The position numbers and the translations under genes were made by a program. A stretch of DNA of 64,000 nt, taken from assembly GCA_046563655.1 (NCBI GenBank), contig CM102284.1, positions 2,790,001 through 2,854,000 of the forward strand. The letters run 5' to 3'. Under the pieces are notes generated by a model. It made no database searches and was not told where the DNA came from. It was given only the letters and a program-made list of their open reading frames with translations. Shown here piece after piece: positions 39,694-52,016 of the stretch (its first letter is position 1; each line of letters starts with the position of its first letter). Source of the DNA: Yuukianura sp. NJ FZ-2021. Taxonomy: Eukaryota.

Positions 39694-41910
39694 ATGTCAG
39701 CAGAAGTCCTCTTATTTGTTCCTCCTATAAGTGACATCATGAATGACAAAAACAGTAGAACTGAACCGCCTTCTGCTTCTACGACAAGGTCCTTGCCAAA
39801 TCCTAAGGCCGAATTTTCGGTCGAAGTGAAGGATTCGACAGCTAGTGTTGGCACGTCATCGCAGGCAAGAATTTCAACAAAAACGACAACAGCAGCTCAA
39901 AGTCGTGGGGGAATAGCGAAGAATGCCGAGGGAAACGGCGGGACACATTCTTCTCAGCCCGGTGCCGAAAGTGAATTCAAATGCCAATACTGTGGCCGAG
40001 GATTTCTTTTTCGGAATAGTCAGTAATCTTCGTTTTTTTAACATTACGTAACAAAAAAGATTCGAGAACAATTTTTTAGCGGAGGCGTCATGATCTCATG
40101 ATTTTAGGTTTTGTGTATGTCTAAAACTCTTTGTTTTTGTTTTTTAATTTTAGATTTAAAGTGTCATCTGCGGACTCACATTCGCGATAAGAAGTACACT
40201 TGCAACATTTGCGAAAAATCGTTCATCTACAAAGAGAGTCTCAAAAATCACATGCTCCTCCACTCCAATGAATTGCCTTACCAATGTGATATTTGCATGA
40301 AGAAGGTATTTCTAATCAAATATTTAATTATTGGTATACTTGCAATTTATTAAAATCCACAATTACTGGTGTTTGACGCTTATTTTCTCCGATTTAGAAA
40401 TTTTTAAGGGCCAATTACGGGAGCCATACAAAGCAAAGCAGGTTGCAGAGGGTGGAATGAGGCACGACCTTACTAAAAATTCTATACTTTGTTTTTTATA
40501 AATTCTGCAATTCAAATCATTTATAGGATTTGTAGAAAGTATAAAATTTAGGAAGTCCCACCTTTTTGCACCCACTGCCACACGTTTTGTTACGGCTCCC
40601 GCGATTGGTCTATTTCAATTCTGTGACGTCACTTCCTAAACTTCTCTCATTTATGGGACTTGTCAACCGTCTTTATAAGTTTTGGAAATCCGAAAAATTT
40701 TAAAAGTGACGTCACTCCTCGCTATAAATTCTGTACTTTTTATTAATTTTTATGATAATGATAACACATACTCCCTATTATTTATATATTTATACTTGTC
40801 GTGTCCGTATGCCTGTTGTATCTACCATAAAATTCAAGGTTTATTTTTTCTCAGTTTAGAGACCGCTCAAACCGGAGAAAACATGTCAAAAATGTCCATA
40901 AATTCCTGCTCGCTGCTGGTGGCGTAGGTGGGGTTGGCACAGCTACTACGTCTGGAAATGGTGATGGGAACGGTACAATGGCGTCTACTTCTCAGACGAA
41001 ACGGAGGAGGAGAACAACGAGCAAAAAGAAGGAGTCAGTACCTCCAGATCCTTCTTCCGTTGAATCCATTGTTCCTGTTCCTCCTAAGCGTACGTCTCCA
41101 GTCTATCTAGCAAATATTCAATCGGAAGTCAAGTCAGAGCCGATGTCGCCAGCTCTAGACCAGAGACAAGAGACCAGTCCAGATACGGCACAGACTCACT
41201 TACATCACCTCCACCACCATCGACAGCAACATTATCTCCAAACGCCATCACTGACTCACCCTGACGTTATCGTTTACTCGAAACCCAAATGCGAGGGACC
41301 GGAAATGACTTATAGCAGGGAAAGTTCAAATCGTGGTGACAATCAAGAACCACCAAGACATGAGCATCAGTACTTTGGCAACTACAACCAGCAGCAGAGC
41401 TACGTAGGCCTCATGACCTCACATGAAGTGGACAGGAGTGAGCAACATATGATATACGAACCACCAACCACGTCGTACGTCACCACAATGTCGCTCATTC
41501 CTCCACCCAGACTAAGAACCGATGAAACCATGACACGACACTCCTCTCCATCCACTCAAGCCTACATTCAGCAACACATGCAAGAGCAATACTCCAGTCA
41601 TCTTCTCTACTCATCACCCTTGATGAGCATGGGAGATAGTCTAGGAACCCATGACTCCTATTGGGTACCTGCTGGAAATCCGTCTGCCAATCAGAGCGAG
41701 ACTCCGAGTCCGCACTCCAGCCACACTGAATCGTCAAGGTCATACTATTCCCCTGAGGGACAGCTTCCCGCTGCCACGGATGGTAACATACTCATCAACG
41801 CTCCGTCGCCTTATCCTCCTGCAAGTTTACCTGTAGCTGGACAGCCGCCACCGCAACAGCACAGCTACTTTTATACTGATTTGTCCCAGTTCGACTTGAG
41901 TCGGCTTTGA
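39694..41910 (+). CDS. C2H2 zinc-finger transcription factor with three fingers; exons ~39694/39701-40018, 40154-40305, 40855-41910
   Basis: Spliced fingers CQYCGRGFLFRNNLKCHLRTH, CNICEKSFIYKESLKNHMLLH, CDICMKKFRDRSNRRKHVKNVH; basic NLS-like KRRRR; P/S/Q/H-rich C-terminus. Start codon uncertain. Confidence 0.88.
40408..40611. mobile_element. ~200-bp palindromic MITE in a zinc-finger gene intron
   Basis: ccaattacgggagccatacaaa pairs with tttgttacggctcccgcgattgg; inner gcagagggtg / cacccactgc and tatactt / aagtata also pair. Confidence 0.65.
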
Positions 41911-43228
41911 TCCTCAACAATATTAGCTTAACTTCTAAAAAAAAACTTTGCGAAATCGTGGTTCTTTCACTTTGTGCCTTTACAGAGTTTGGTTTTAATG
42001 TATGTACAACACAATCTCGGTAAAGCTTATACTAATACACATGTTGCAAACATATTACATAGTTCGTTTCCAGTGAAAAAATTTTTTAGTTAAGGCAACC
42101 AAGTCAATTTCTTAGCTCAAGGTTAGCCTTTTTGACGTGTACAAGATGAAAATAAATAAGGTCCCACTTTAAGCAAAGCATGTGGGAAGTTGGATTTTAA
42201 CGTAAAACATAAGCAAATATGTATCTTATATACCATAGTATAACTTCCTCAAAGCGATTTTACCTGCTTCGGCATTTATGTAACTTTATTTGAAAAAGCT
42301 TACTTTCTTGTTCAAAAATATAAATTGTGTTTTGGAGGTTTATTTTTATTTTTGTATTCTATCTGCGTTCCTCAATTTTCATATCATCTTCAGAATCCTC
42401 CTGATTGGAATTCCAGCGGAACTGGAGCGAATATGTAAGTTGCATTTCCTTGTACCCTAGTAATACATAAGGGCAGAAGTTTAAAAAAAAGACGGAAGGC
42501 TTGCTATTACTCGAGTACCCGCCTTTTCTTAAAATTGTGAAATAAGTGAAGTGAATACAAGTTTTTAGAATAACCCTTTGCCTGTGTTGAAAAAGACCAC
42601 CTTTTCTAAACTCATTCCAATATTTGTTTTTCTGATACTCTCTGTTTAATTCTAATAGTCAATATTGTAAGCACGGCGATTTCGGATGTATTGAAGGAGT
42701 TGATTTGTTGCCTTTTGTTTTAAAATCAATTTATCTTAAATACTAAAAATTTTCGTAAGTTAAGACATTAATTTTCGAATTCATATTAAACGTAAACGTA
42801 ATCAAGTACTAAAAACACAATCAATTATTAATGTTCTTCTAGATACGGTAATTACGGTAGTAAGGACTCACATAATGAAACAAACCCATTTTCCAACTTT
42901 GAATTGACCCATATGCCACTCTCAAGAAAGACAACATACTCCAATCGCTTGGGCAATAACGCAAAGCAATTTTTTAAATTAGACTTTCCTCAGTAATATT
43001 GAACAAATTTCAGCATATCAAGGTGTTTGTATGCCGCAAATCGATTTGAAAAACAGTCATTCTCGCTTCACAGACGAAGGTACAAGTTTCTACCAACTAA
43101 CTCTGTGAAATAAGTATACTTGAACTGCCTGTTCAACAAAAAAAAAACGACAAAGTCGTCAATAAATATGCAACTTCAATGAAAACGTTTGGTATATTCG
43201 CCAAAAATTTTATTTTAATTAGAACAGC

Positions 43229-45633
43229 TTAAGCCTTTCGGATTCCAGCAATTACTTTTACTGGATTGAGCATTGGCGGGAAACCCGTAGGCGCACATTC
43301 CGGTATATCCTTAAAAAATCAAATTAGGTCAATATTTTTGACCTTGTTTGCAAAATAGTTAAGAAGAGTTATACAATTCTGAACTTACAGAAGTCTCAAA
43401 AACTCGAAAAAATTCAAAGTTGTTAACCAAATGAACAAGGGCAAATTTAATTTGTGTTTTTGCAAAGGCTGAACCTATACACGCTCGATTTCCATCTCCA
43501 AATGGCAGGAACGTCATTGGATCCCGTTTTTGCTTTTCACTTGCAGAAAACCTGTGTAAATATTTTGGTTGAAGTGAGCATTAAATATTAGAAAAGATTT
43601 TGCTTTGCAATAATGTCTCACCGATTTGGTTCGAAAACGTCTGGTTCCGGGTAAATGTTAGGGTCATGGTGAATGGCATACACTGGAACTGAAACCAGTG
43701 TTCCTTTTTGACATTTGGCACCAGGGTAAGTAATTGAGCTATTACAGCGACGTTCAAGTCGAAGCGCAGGAGGAAACATACGTAACGTCTCATCAACACA
43801 TTGATCCAAGTAGTGCAAATAGTCCAACTCAAATGGTACACGACAGTCTACCTGTAAATACATTTGCCAAAACCAATAAAAATTTAATTCGAAGATATAT
43901 TTTGTGTGTAACAGTTAAAACCAAAGTTCAATATTTGTGTTAATTAACAGATAAATATATAAATACCATATAAAAACAATTTATTAGCGTGTAAACGTAT
44001 CTTCACTTTACCTCTTTTTTGAGTTCGCTGCGTATTTCTGCTCGAAGCTTTGTTTGAACTTCCCGGTTTACCGCAAGAGCATTTAAAGCAAACGCTATTG
44101 AAATTGTTACTGGCTGAAATGCAGCGTTTAAAAATAATTTTAATCTTATTTTATCAATTTTTTAAAGATTCAGATTTACTTCTATTCCTGTGATCAAAAA
44201 CTGGAGCATTTGGTCCACCAAAATGGCATCGCTCAGATTTGAAGCGTTGCCGGCTTCGAGTAATTCATCCACAAAATCGCCACGTTTCTGTTTCAAAGTT
44301 AAACGCACGAGTTAAAAAAAATCAAATTTCAAAGATCGATTGTTCTAGAAACAAAAATTTTAAGAGAAATATTTGGTCACTGGCGCTGTATGACTGCGTT
44401 GTCTTCGACTTCTTAACATGCCTTTAGCAAAAGTAGCGAAAAATTGAAACCCATTCGGTCTTGGCATCAATCGTCCTAGCCTTGGATAAAGTTCTTTTCC
44501 AAAACACATAACAAAATATTTGTAAAGTATTTCTTATCGAGATTAAATGTTTTGGAAATAATGAAAAAGATTGTGGAAATTGTCTTACGCCCGAAAACGA
44601 ATGCTGGGCTAATTGGTTTTGGTTTGCTGAGTATTGCAACGAGTTCTTGATAAAATTGTGAAGGTTGTGAGCTGGTGAATGTGTCCAGTTTGGTTCCAAA
44701 AGCGCAGTTAGCAACAATGTCAATCACATACGTTGTGGCTAAACTGTTAAAAAAACGTTGTTAAATCAAGAATTTTAAACGCAAATTGGGGTTATGCATT
44801 TGTATAAATCGATAGTTGGAATTTATGCTTTTAATACTCCCTCAAATCAATTTTTTGCATTCCTGCATCAACTTTGGCTTGAACAAATCTCGTCATTTCC
44901 TCAGCAATGGGTTCAATGAGATTTTTCATCTGAAATAGAATACTAAAATAAATAACAGTTTTAATAACACATTAATTAAATTAACTGTAACAAAAGTTAA
45001 CAAATAATATTTTTGTTATCTGTTGTAACATGTGCTTACAGCTTGAACACAATGTGGAGAGTACATTGCACTAGTACCTTCACGGATTAGTCTCCATTTT
45101 TTAGAAGGTATTGTCGGAAGAAGAAATTTGATATATGAATTCCCTGTGGATTTTCCTCGATTCTCAAAATGGGCGAAATCGTCGATCAAAATCTTCCGAA
45201 CTATTTTCGGATCTCCTACAACCAAATTTGGCAACCGTCCTTCAAATACACTAATAAAACGTAAAAAATCGTTTAAAAAAGCGCGAAAGCGTTTTATTTA
45301 AACGTAATTGAATTTAAAAGATATTTCTTCTGTAGAGTTTTACCCGTAAAGTTTTCCATAGTTTTGATACTGTTGGATTTCCAGCAAAGGACTATTCTAA
45401 AACACACTGAAAGCTTCAGTTTAATTTACAAACAATTAATATATCGCTCTAAAGCGCTTCCAAATTACCCGTTTCCAAATTTTCCAATAATTTCCAAAAA
45501 CAGGAATGGGCCGAGGACCAGGAATCCCTTGTTCCCAGAAATAGTGAAAATTCCAAGTGAAGTACTTGTGAATTACTACAACAATTAGTAAAACATAGCA
45601 AACAAACCACAACAACGAAAGTAAATCCTCCAT
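43229..45633 (-). CDS. Cytochrome P450, CYP3 clan (CYP6/CYP9/CYP3-like); multi-exon
   Basis: TM anchor; GIPGPRPIPVFGN; YGVFEGRLPNLVVGDP; WRLIR; IDIVANCAFG; ETLRMFPP; AIHHDP..YPEP..FEPNRF; FLPFGDGNRACIG. Traced exons are in frame; I-helix reads TGIEP. Confidence 0.92.
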
Positions 45634-47044
45634 ATTTGAGTTATGTGGAGTCACTAAACACTCATTGCCAAGTTTTTAACACCACTGGAAATGTATCATA
45701 GTGTTAAATTGTATTTGGTTTTGCGAACAGAGAATTTCTAAACAACTTTTGAATACGTACTTGATTGTAAGTTTTTTGCAGATTAGATTGAAACAGTGAC
45801 CTTACCCTTATTTCCATTAAAAAAACACTTCATCAGTAAATTACTATAGTTTTTTTTTTTTTCGATAAAATCAGTTATTGCCCTGGTATGTTGTAGCAGT
45901 TCATCTATCGGACCAAATAATCTTTCGTAGCAATTAGTTTCTAAAAACTTATAAAATGCAGAATCTTGTGTGATTTTGGAATAAACCGGTTGTAAATTGT
46001 ACATAAAAAGTGAGACGTAAAGCTCATTGAATGAAACGAGAATATTCCGGACAGTGTTGCTGGATGATTAAATGTCTAGTGGCTTGTTTACCACTTCCAG
46101 TGGAATCCAGAATTCCTTCCAGAATCCATCCAGAATGGTAGATATCCAGTGGAAGAAATGGCGTCACACTGGATGGTGGATGGAAGAAATTATGAGCTTA
46201 AAAACTCAGCGGGGATTTCGAATATAAATATTATAAAACAGTTTAATTAACTATTTAACCCACGCGTTGATTAGTTTTGTTATTAGAACTGAATTTAGCA
46301 CTATTTGTAGTGTTTCTGATTTCCTTCCGCCCTTTTTCAGAATATTCATACCCCGCGGGTAAAGCTCCGCCATTTTGGATTAATCCATTTCGTCCATTTT
46401 TGCTACTGGATATTCAGCCGTGAATGAAATGTCGAATAAAATTGATATTCAGCTACAATGGATCCGAGACACTGAAACGAGTATTTCAAACGGCAGAACC
46501 CGAACAGACAGAGACACATGCATACTTTTATAAAGGAGCTGTCGCTATTTAATATTGGAAAATATATATTAACATAAAAAACAGAATGAGGAAAGATAAG
46601 CCGACGAATGAGGGCCGGCCGGCATAATAAACGTTGCAAACCTTTCGGACTTTATTTTATGGGAAATAGAAACTACAAATTAGGAGGAAAAAACCAAGAA
46701 ATTTAAACAAAAAAAAGAGGATTTTTTGACAGCGTGTGATTCCGATGTGAAGCTTTTGTAAAATTATTTTTTAAGGATTTTTTGTTTGTGATACCGGGAG
46801 AATGAGACAGGTCGCCCTTGACTGTTGACCAGAATCAGCGTCATTTCCTGTGAAACCGGATGCATATCTAAAATAAATTCACAAATTCTGCGAGAATGGA
46901 TTAATTAAAGTCGTTCCTGAGTTAATTATACAGTAGTACAAATGATGCAAAACCACGTTCAAACCGTATGATGTTTTTTCGATTTAGTTAATTGCCTTGA
47001 AACCAAAAGCATTAGCATTCTAAAATATATTTTAGACTGACCGT

Positions 47045-47190
47045 ATTTTGCTACCCGTCAGATTTGTTAAGTAGCAACAGCTATTTGATGGATAGACAGA
47101 CAAGGTCGATCATCGACCTTGTCTGTCTGTCTATCTGTCTGTTCGGCACTACGTCCGTCGACGGCAATTTTCTCGGAAACGACTCAACAT
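47045..47190. mobile_element. DINE-1/Helentron-associated (HINE)-like element end with a hairpin and microsatellite
   Basis: ttttgctacccgt start; 17-bp perfect stem agacagacaaggtcgat-c-atcgaccttgtctgtct (47094-47128); (CTGT)n tract; then ttttctcggaaacg. Confidence 0.55.
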
Positions 47191-47990
47191 TTGTTTAGCT
47201 TGTTCGTAGAATCTCAATAAGAAGAACCCACCATTTATGAATGGTGGGGAAATTTACGCCCGCACTGCGTACAAATTCCAAAGGTGAAGTAAGCTCAAGT
47301 CTTGTTCGTGGCGTGGTTCGTGACTCATTTCGCCGCAATTTATTTTCATGGGCAAACAAGCAGCTAGCTCCTCCTTTGGAATAAATCAATTGGCAAATAC
47401 GTGTATGTTTCGTGCTATTTAATAATAAATCATCGAACGTTATATAATGTAAAAAAATAAATAAAAACATAATGGTTTATAAAAATTGAGCAGTGAGATA
47501 GATGTAGTATGGTACAAAGTATCCTTTTGAAGAATTAAAAAGCCCTAATTGCGGAAATCATGATAACGTTCTCAGCCTTGAATGAGAATTCTGACACTTC
47601 CAGTTTGAAGATGTTTCATTTTGATGAAGTTGATTGTTGAGACTTAGAGGTTCCACGAGTCTACTGGACGCTCAATTGTGGACCACAAACTTATGGAATC
47701 TGAAGTATCTAAGTAACACTGAATGTAAGTATTTTAGAGACCACGAGCTCGTGAAAGGTAATCGTACGAAACTGAATACCCATCAATAATATTGTGCCGA
47801 TTTTCGATTCCATGTGACATGGCCAAAACAATTTGGCCAAAAGTGAAATGGTCAGAGGTGAAAAGGCCAGAAGTGAAATGGCCAAAAAGTGAACAGATAA
47901 GAATTGAAATGGTCAAAATACGAAAAAGCCAGAAAGGAAATGACCATGTTAGCATATGTTATACATATGTTGTGCCTATGTTGTGTGTAT

Positions 47991-48435
47991 TAGGTATGCG
48001 CAGCGTCCCATTGCGAAAAAATTTATTGAATAAAGTAAGCCTCCGAGGGCGTGAAGCTGTTCCCCATTGGTAGACAAAAATTATGGTGCAAAATTTTAAT
48101 TTTTAAAATAAGTCTAGCTATTTTCGCGGGAGGCCCAATGTTAAACAAAGCATCCGATTATTCAAATGCTTGTGCAAATATTAAAATAAAAGCAAAAGCC
48201 GTTCCTTTTGGATAAAATTAATTTGAAACTGAGTGTTGAAATATTCTATAGACTAACATTGATTTTTCTAATTCCAAAATATTACCAAACCTCGAAACTT
48301 TGGGGGCCTGGCGAAAATAGTTAGGATTTAAATAAAATTAAAAAATTTTGTATTAAATTTTTTTCTCATTTATTGGAACATATTTAGCCCTTCGGAGCTA
48401 ACTTAATTCGACTTTGAACGTTTTGCGCATAGCTA
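47991..48435. mobile_element. Nested palindromic hAT-like MITE (445 bp) inside foldback copy 1
   Basis: TIR TAGGTATGCGCA / TGCGCATAGCTA (1 mismatch); 8-bp TSD GTGTGTAT (47983-47990 and 48436-48443). It splits the 11-mer satellite. Confidence 0.8.
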
Positions 48436-48620
48436 GTGTGTATGTTATGCGTATGTTATGCGTATGTTATGCCTATGTTATGCGTATGTTGGGCCTATGT
48501 TGTGCCTATGTTATGCGTATGTTATGCCTATGTTGTGCCTATGTTATGCGTATGTTATGCCTATGTTATGCGTATGTTATGCCTATGTTGTGCCGATGTT
48601 GTGCCTATGTTATGCCTATA
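48436..48620. repeat. 11-bp minisatellite (TATGTT[A/G]TGC[G/C])n
   Basis: About 16 tandem units; a further ~3 units lie at 47955-47990 on the other side of the nested element. Confidence 0.95.
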
Positions 48621-51600
48621 GTTTATTTATTATATTTTCTTATTTTCGCCATTTCACTTTTTCATCTTTTCAGTTTTGGCCTTTTTACTTTTTGGCCATT
48701 TCCTTTCTGGCTTTTTTACGTTTTGGCCTTTTCACTTTTTGGCCATTTTAATTCTGATCTTTCCTCCTTTTGGCCATTTCACTTCTGGCCTTTTCACCTC
48801 TGACCATTTCACTTTTGGCCAAATTGTTTTGGCCATTTCACCTGCTACGCGATTTTCCAATATTGGTTGACAAAAATTCGGTTCATAAGACCGTCCATTA
48901 TGACTTTTGTTAATAGTGACTTGCCGTAAAAATTCGTCCTTAAAAACCATGGTCCACGACTTTCCTAAAGATTTGGTCCGCAAACAATCACACTTAAGGA
49001 TTTCGTGCGTAAGTTAACGTGCATGAAGGTTGTGGCTAGTCTTTCGCGGTTTATAAAAGTTCTGCTCTTAATTTGCCGTCCAGAAGTGTCGGATGCCCAG
49101 ATAGGGAATGTGAGTGGGACGTCGAATAAAAACGGCATGAGGAAGGAGGTGGTTTGAGGAGGTCGTTTCATGTTCTGCATACAGACATGACTCTGCTTTT
49201 CGTCTAATTAGGGTGAGGGATGTGCCAGGTCATTGTTGCACGTAACAATGGATTGAAGAAGTTGAGAAGTGGGGGTGAAATTGTTGTGAAGAAGTAGAAG
49301 GGGCTCTGTTGACGTCAACCTGCAATTCAGTCACTTTCTGATATTCGCACAGAATAGCAGCAGTCGTCGCGCAGGCAATTTAAATTGCAGTGTGAGACGA
49401 GGCCAAGGTGCTTAAAATTTCTAAGTGTACCTCAGCCAATGTGGTTTCAATTCTAATCCGAAATCAATCGCAACTTCCCAATTTCATTGTTCATTGTTAG
49501 ACGGGAATGTTTATGGTGCAAAGGCAATAAAGTACAGAACTAAAGCTTTTACTAATCTTCTCATCATTCTGTGCATTTCAAACAGGGAAATAACGTGTGT
49601 CACGACCTTACACAAGAATCAAGAGAAATCTCAAGCAAAGGGCGCATGAATCTTGAGGTAAGAAAAATCTGTTTATTGTTGGCGCATGACTCAGGAATCT
49701 GCTTTTTGTCAACTGCAATTTGAAACTATAGTTGTATTGTTAGTTATTTTCAGGGTCGTAGCATCTTTTGCTTCTAATTATGTCTAAGGACCTCTATAGA
49801 GGTCCTAGTGGCCTTAGGGTATATGTACTCTAAGTTTTCTGCAAAAAGTAGGTTAAGTTTAGCTTTTCAAACAAGGTTACATTTTTTTTTTGCGAAAAAC
49901 ATAATCTTCAGGCTTGAGGTCAATTTGGCAAGGTGTGTTTTATTTCTTTTTGTCATGACAGGGTGACCTCCTATGACATCATGAATGACCCAGAGGCAAC
50001 TAATTTCCATATTTCACTTTGATGTAGAATGTTTAAAATTTTTGTTTGCATATTTTTGGTATCTGTGGTTCCTATTTTTTAGAAAAGATGCGACAGAATT
50101 AAATTTTTATGGAAAAAGAAAACTATTCTGCACTCGTTACAAAAGAAATTTTCCAAAACTTGCTTTAATTTTAAAAATTTACAGTAAAATTTTGGGGTCG
50201 AGTAGAAAAAATGAATGCATTAGAATAAATCGTGATCAAATTGAAGGAATTCTACCGTTGACAGATTTGTTTCCTTCATCGAAATTTCGAGATCAAACTC
50301 GTTTGCCCTTGCCACATTAATATTCCATGACCGATGACCAGTTTCTGGAGTAGTACTTGCTTTTTTTTAACAGAAAACATAGTTTGCTATTCTACCTTTT
50401 GATTTTAATGAAATGGAAAGCTTTCATTCTTTCATGCTCTATTTGACCTCCACGCCCTCTTTGACCCCAAATTTCAAAATTTCATAGAAAAACAAAAATA
50501 AAAGTGGTTGACGTTGCAAGGCTAGTTAATTTAGGAAGGTCAAATGGAAAATTATGTTTTCGTAAAATTTAGATGAATAAAAAAAACCTTGCTTACTTTC
50601 GTATGCATCGAATTGAGGTGTGACTTACGAATGTTCGTAGAGTTAAGTGTTTCGCAGTTTATTGATTATTTTATCGTTTCAAAGAATATTTTTTATTATG
50701 TTATTGAGTAAATATAGGAATTCTGTTTGAGTCACACATTTACTGCACCCCTAACCTGCTATTGGACGAGGTTGAATTCAGCATCGAAAATCATCATCAT
50801 CGCGAATGCACAGTTCCCCATTATTCCACATGACTAACCACGTTCCAACATAAAGCACTTAAAAACAACTTCCGTTGAATCTGCAAGCATGTCATTAAAT
50901 TTTCTGTGAAGTTTAGCAATGACCAACAGTTATTTATTTAATAATTAACGTTCTACAAAAAATATGTCCTTTGAATACTGCGAAGTTTCAAAATGACCTT
51001 CGAAACTTCTAATTTCCAGCCCTACTATGTTTGAAATGGAGAAAACTTTTAAGTATTTTATAGCTGCTACTGATAGAATGCACGCCAATTACGCATGATT
51101 CTATGACACATTGTATCCTAGCTAGCGTTTGAATTTACATTTATCATAGACATACAGTATGTAAGTTTTAAATTTTCGAGCCAAGTTCAAAACTCAAAAG
51201 TGAAATTTTGATAAAAACTAACACAACTTCATGCAAAAACATAACTTCGAGGAAGGGACATGCTTACATTGTGTAACTTTCCCTGTTTCTTTGAAATTTT
51301 CGAAATTTGTCAGAGGTCAGAGTCAGAGTTTTTGCTGTAATCATTGATGCAGTGAAAGTTGTACAATAATTGTGTGACCTCCATCTAATTAATCTCCATC
51401 TAATAATAAAAGTACTCAGCAAATAACAATGAAGAAATGTATTCGTGTTAAAAATTATGTATAAATTTATACAAGCGAAGACACGAGTTTATGAAATGTG
51501 ACTATATTTGAGTGAGGAACGGAAGTGGAATTGGAAATTGCGCAAGTGTTACTGTAACAATGGAAAAGAAAATTTGCGTCTTGCGGCGTTTCGTAGTTCA

Positions 51601-52016
51601 CAAAACACCTCAGGGGAGGTACCTAAACAAAGCAAATACACTTTCTGTTTTTGTATTATTTTTATACACTTTTCCTCTACTTTTTTTTATGTTAAAACAA
51701 TATGTAATTTTCAGCAAATTGTGTGAACATACTCCAATTTACGATAGCATGCACAAAAGTTTTTCCAGTAATATTTGCTTTTGATGTTCCAGATAATATA
51801 CTACGACTTCAATATCAAGCTTGCGTCATACAACAATGAAACGGAAAAGGAAAAACGGTTGTAGCGCAACCACACAGTGACAGTAAATACTAAACAGAAG
51901 TAGGGGCCAGTGAACAGTAAAGTGTTAGATGCAAAGTTGTTTTGAAATTGAGTGAATTTGAAATTCGCTCTCGTTCAACCTCCGATCCCAAGAGCACCAC
52001 CCGAAGCACATAAGTG

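Larger units (their letters stand above)
47806..48849. mobile_element. Non-autonomous foldback (MULE-like) transposon, copy 1
   Basis: Inverted arms built from ~15-bp GGCCAAAAAGTGAAA repeats; asymmetric termini GATTCCATGTG and CACCTGCTACG; 8-bp TSD CGATTTTC (47798-47805 and 48850-48857). Confidence 0.85.

Noticed and set aside
46060-46190. Cluster of CCAG/TGGA/TCCA words
   Set aside because: No consistent period, termini or TSD; probably a decayed repeat.
47806-48849. Regular short repeats as a possible CRISPR array
   Set aside because: Units are contiguous with no unique spacers, there are no cas genes, the context is eukaryotic, and TSDs indicate a transposon.
48414-48870. Overlapping ORFs rich in Cys/Met/Tyr or Phe/His
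   Set aside because: They are translations of the 11-bp satellite and the foldback arm repeats.
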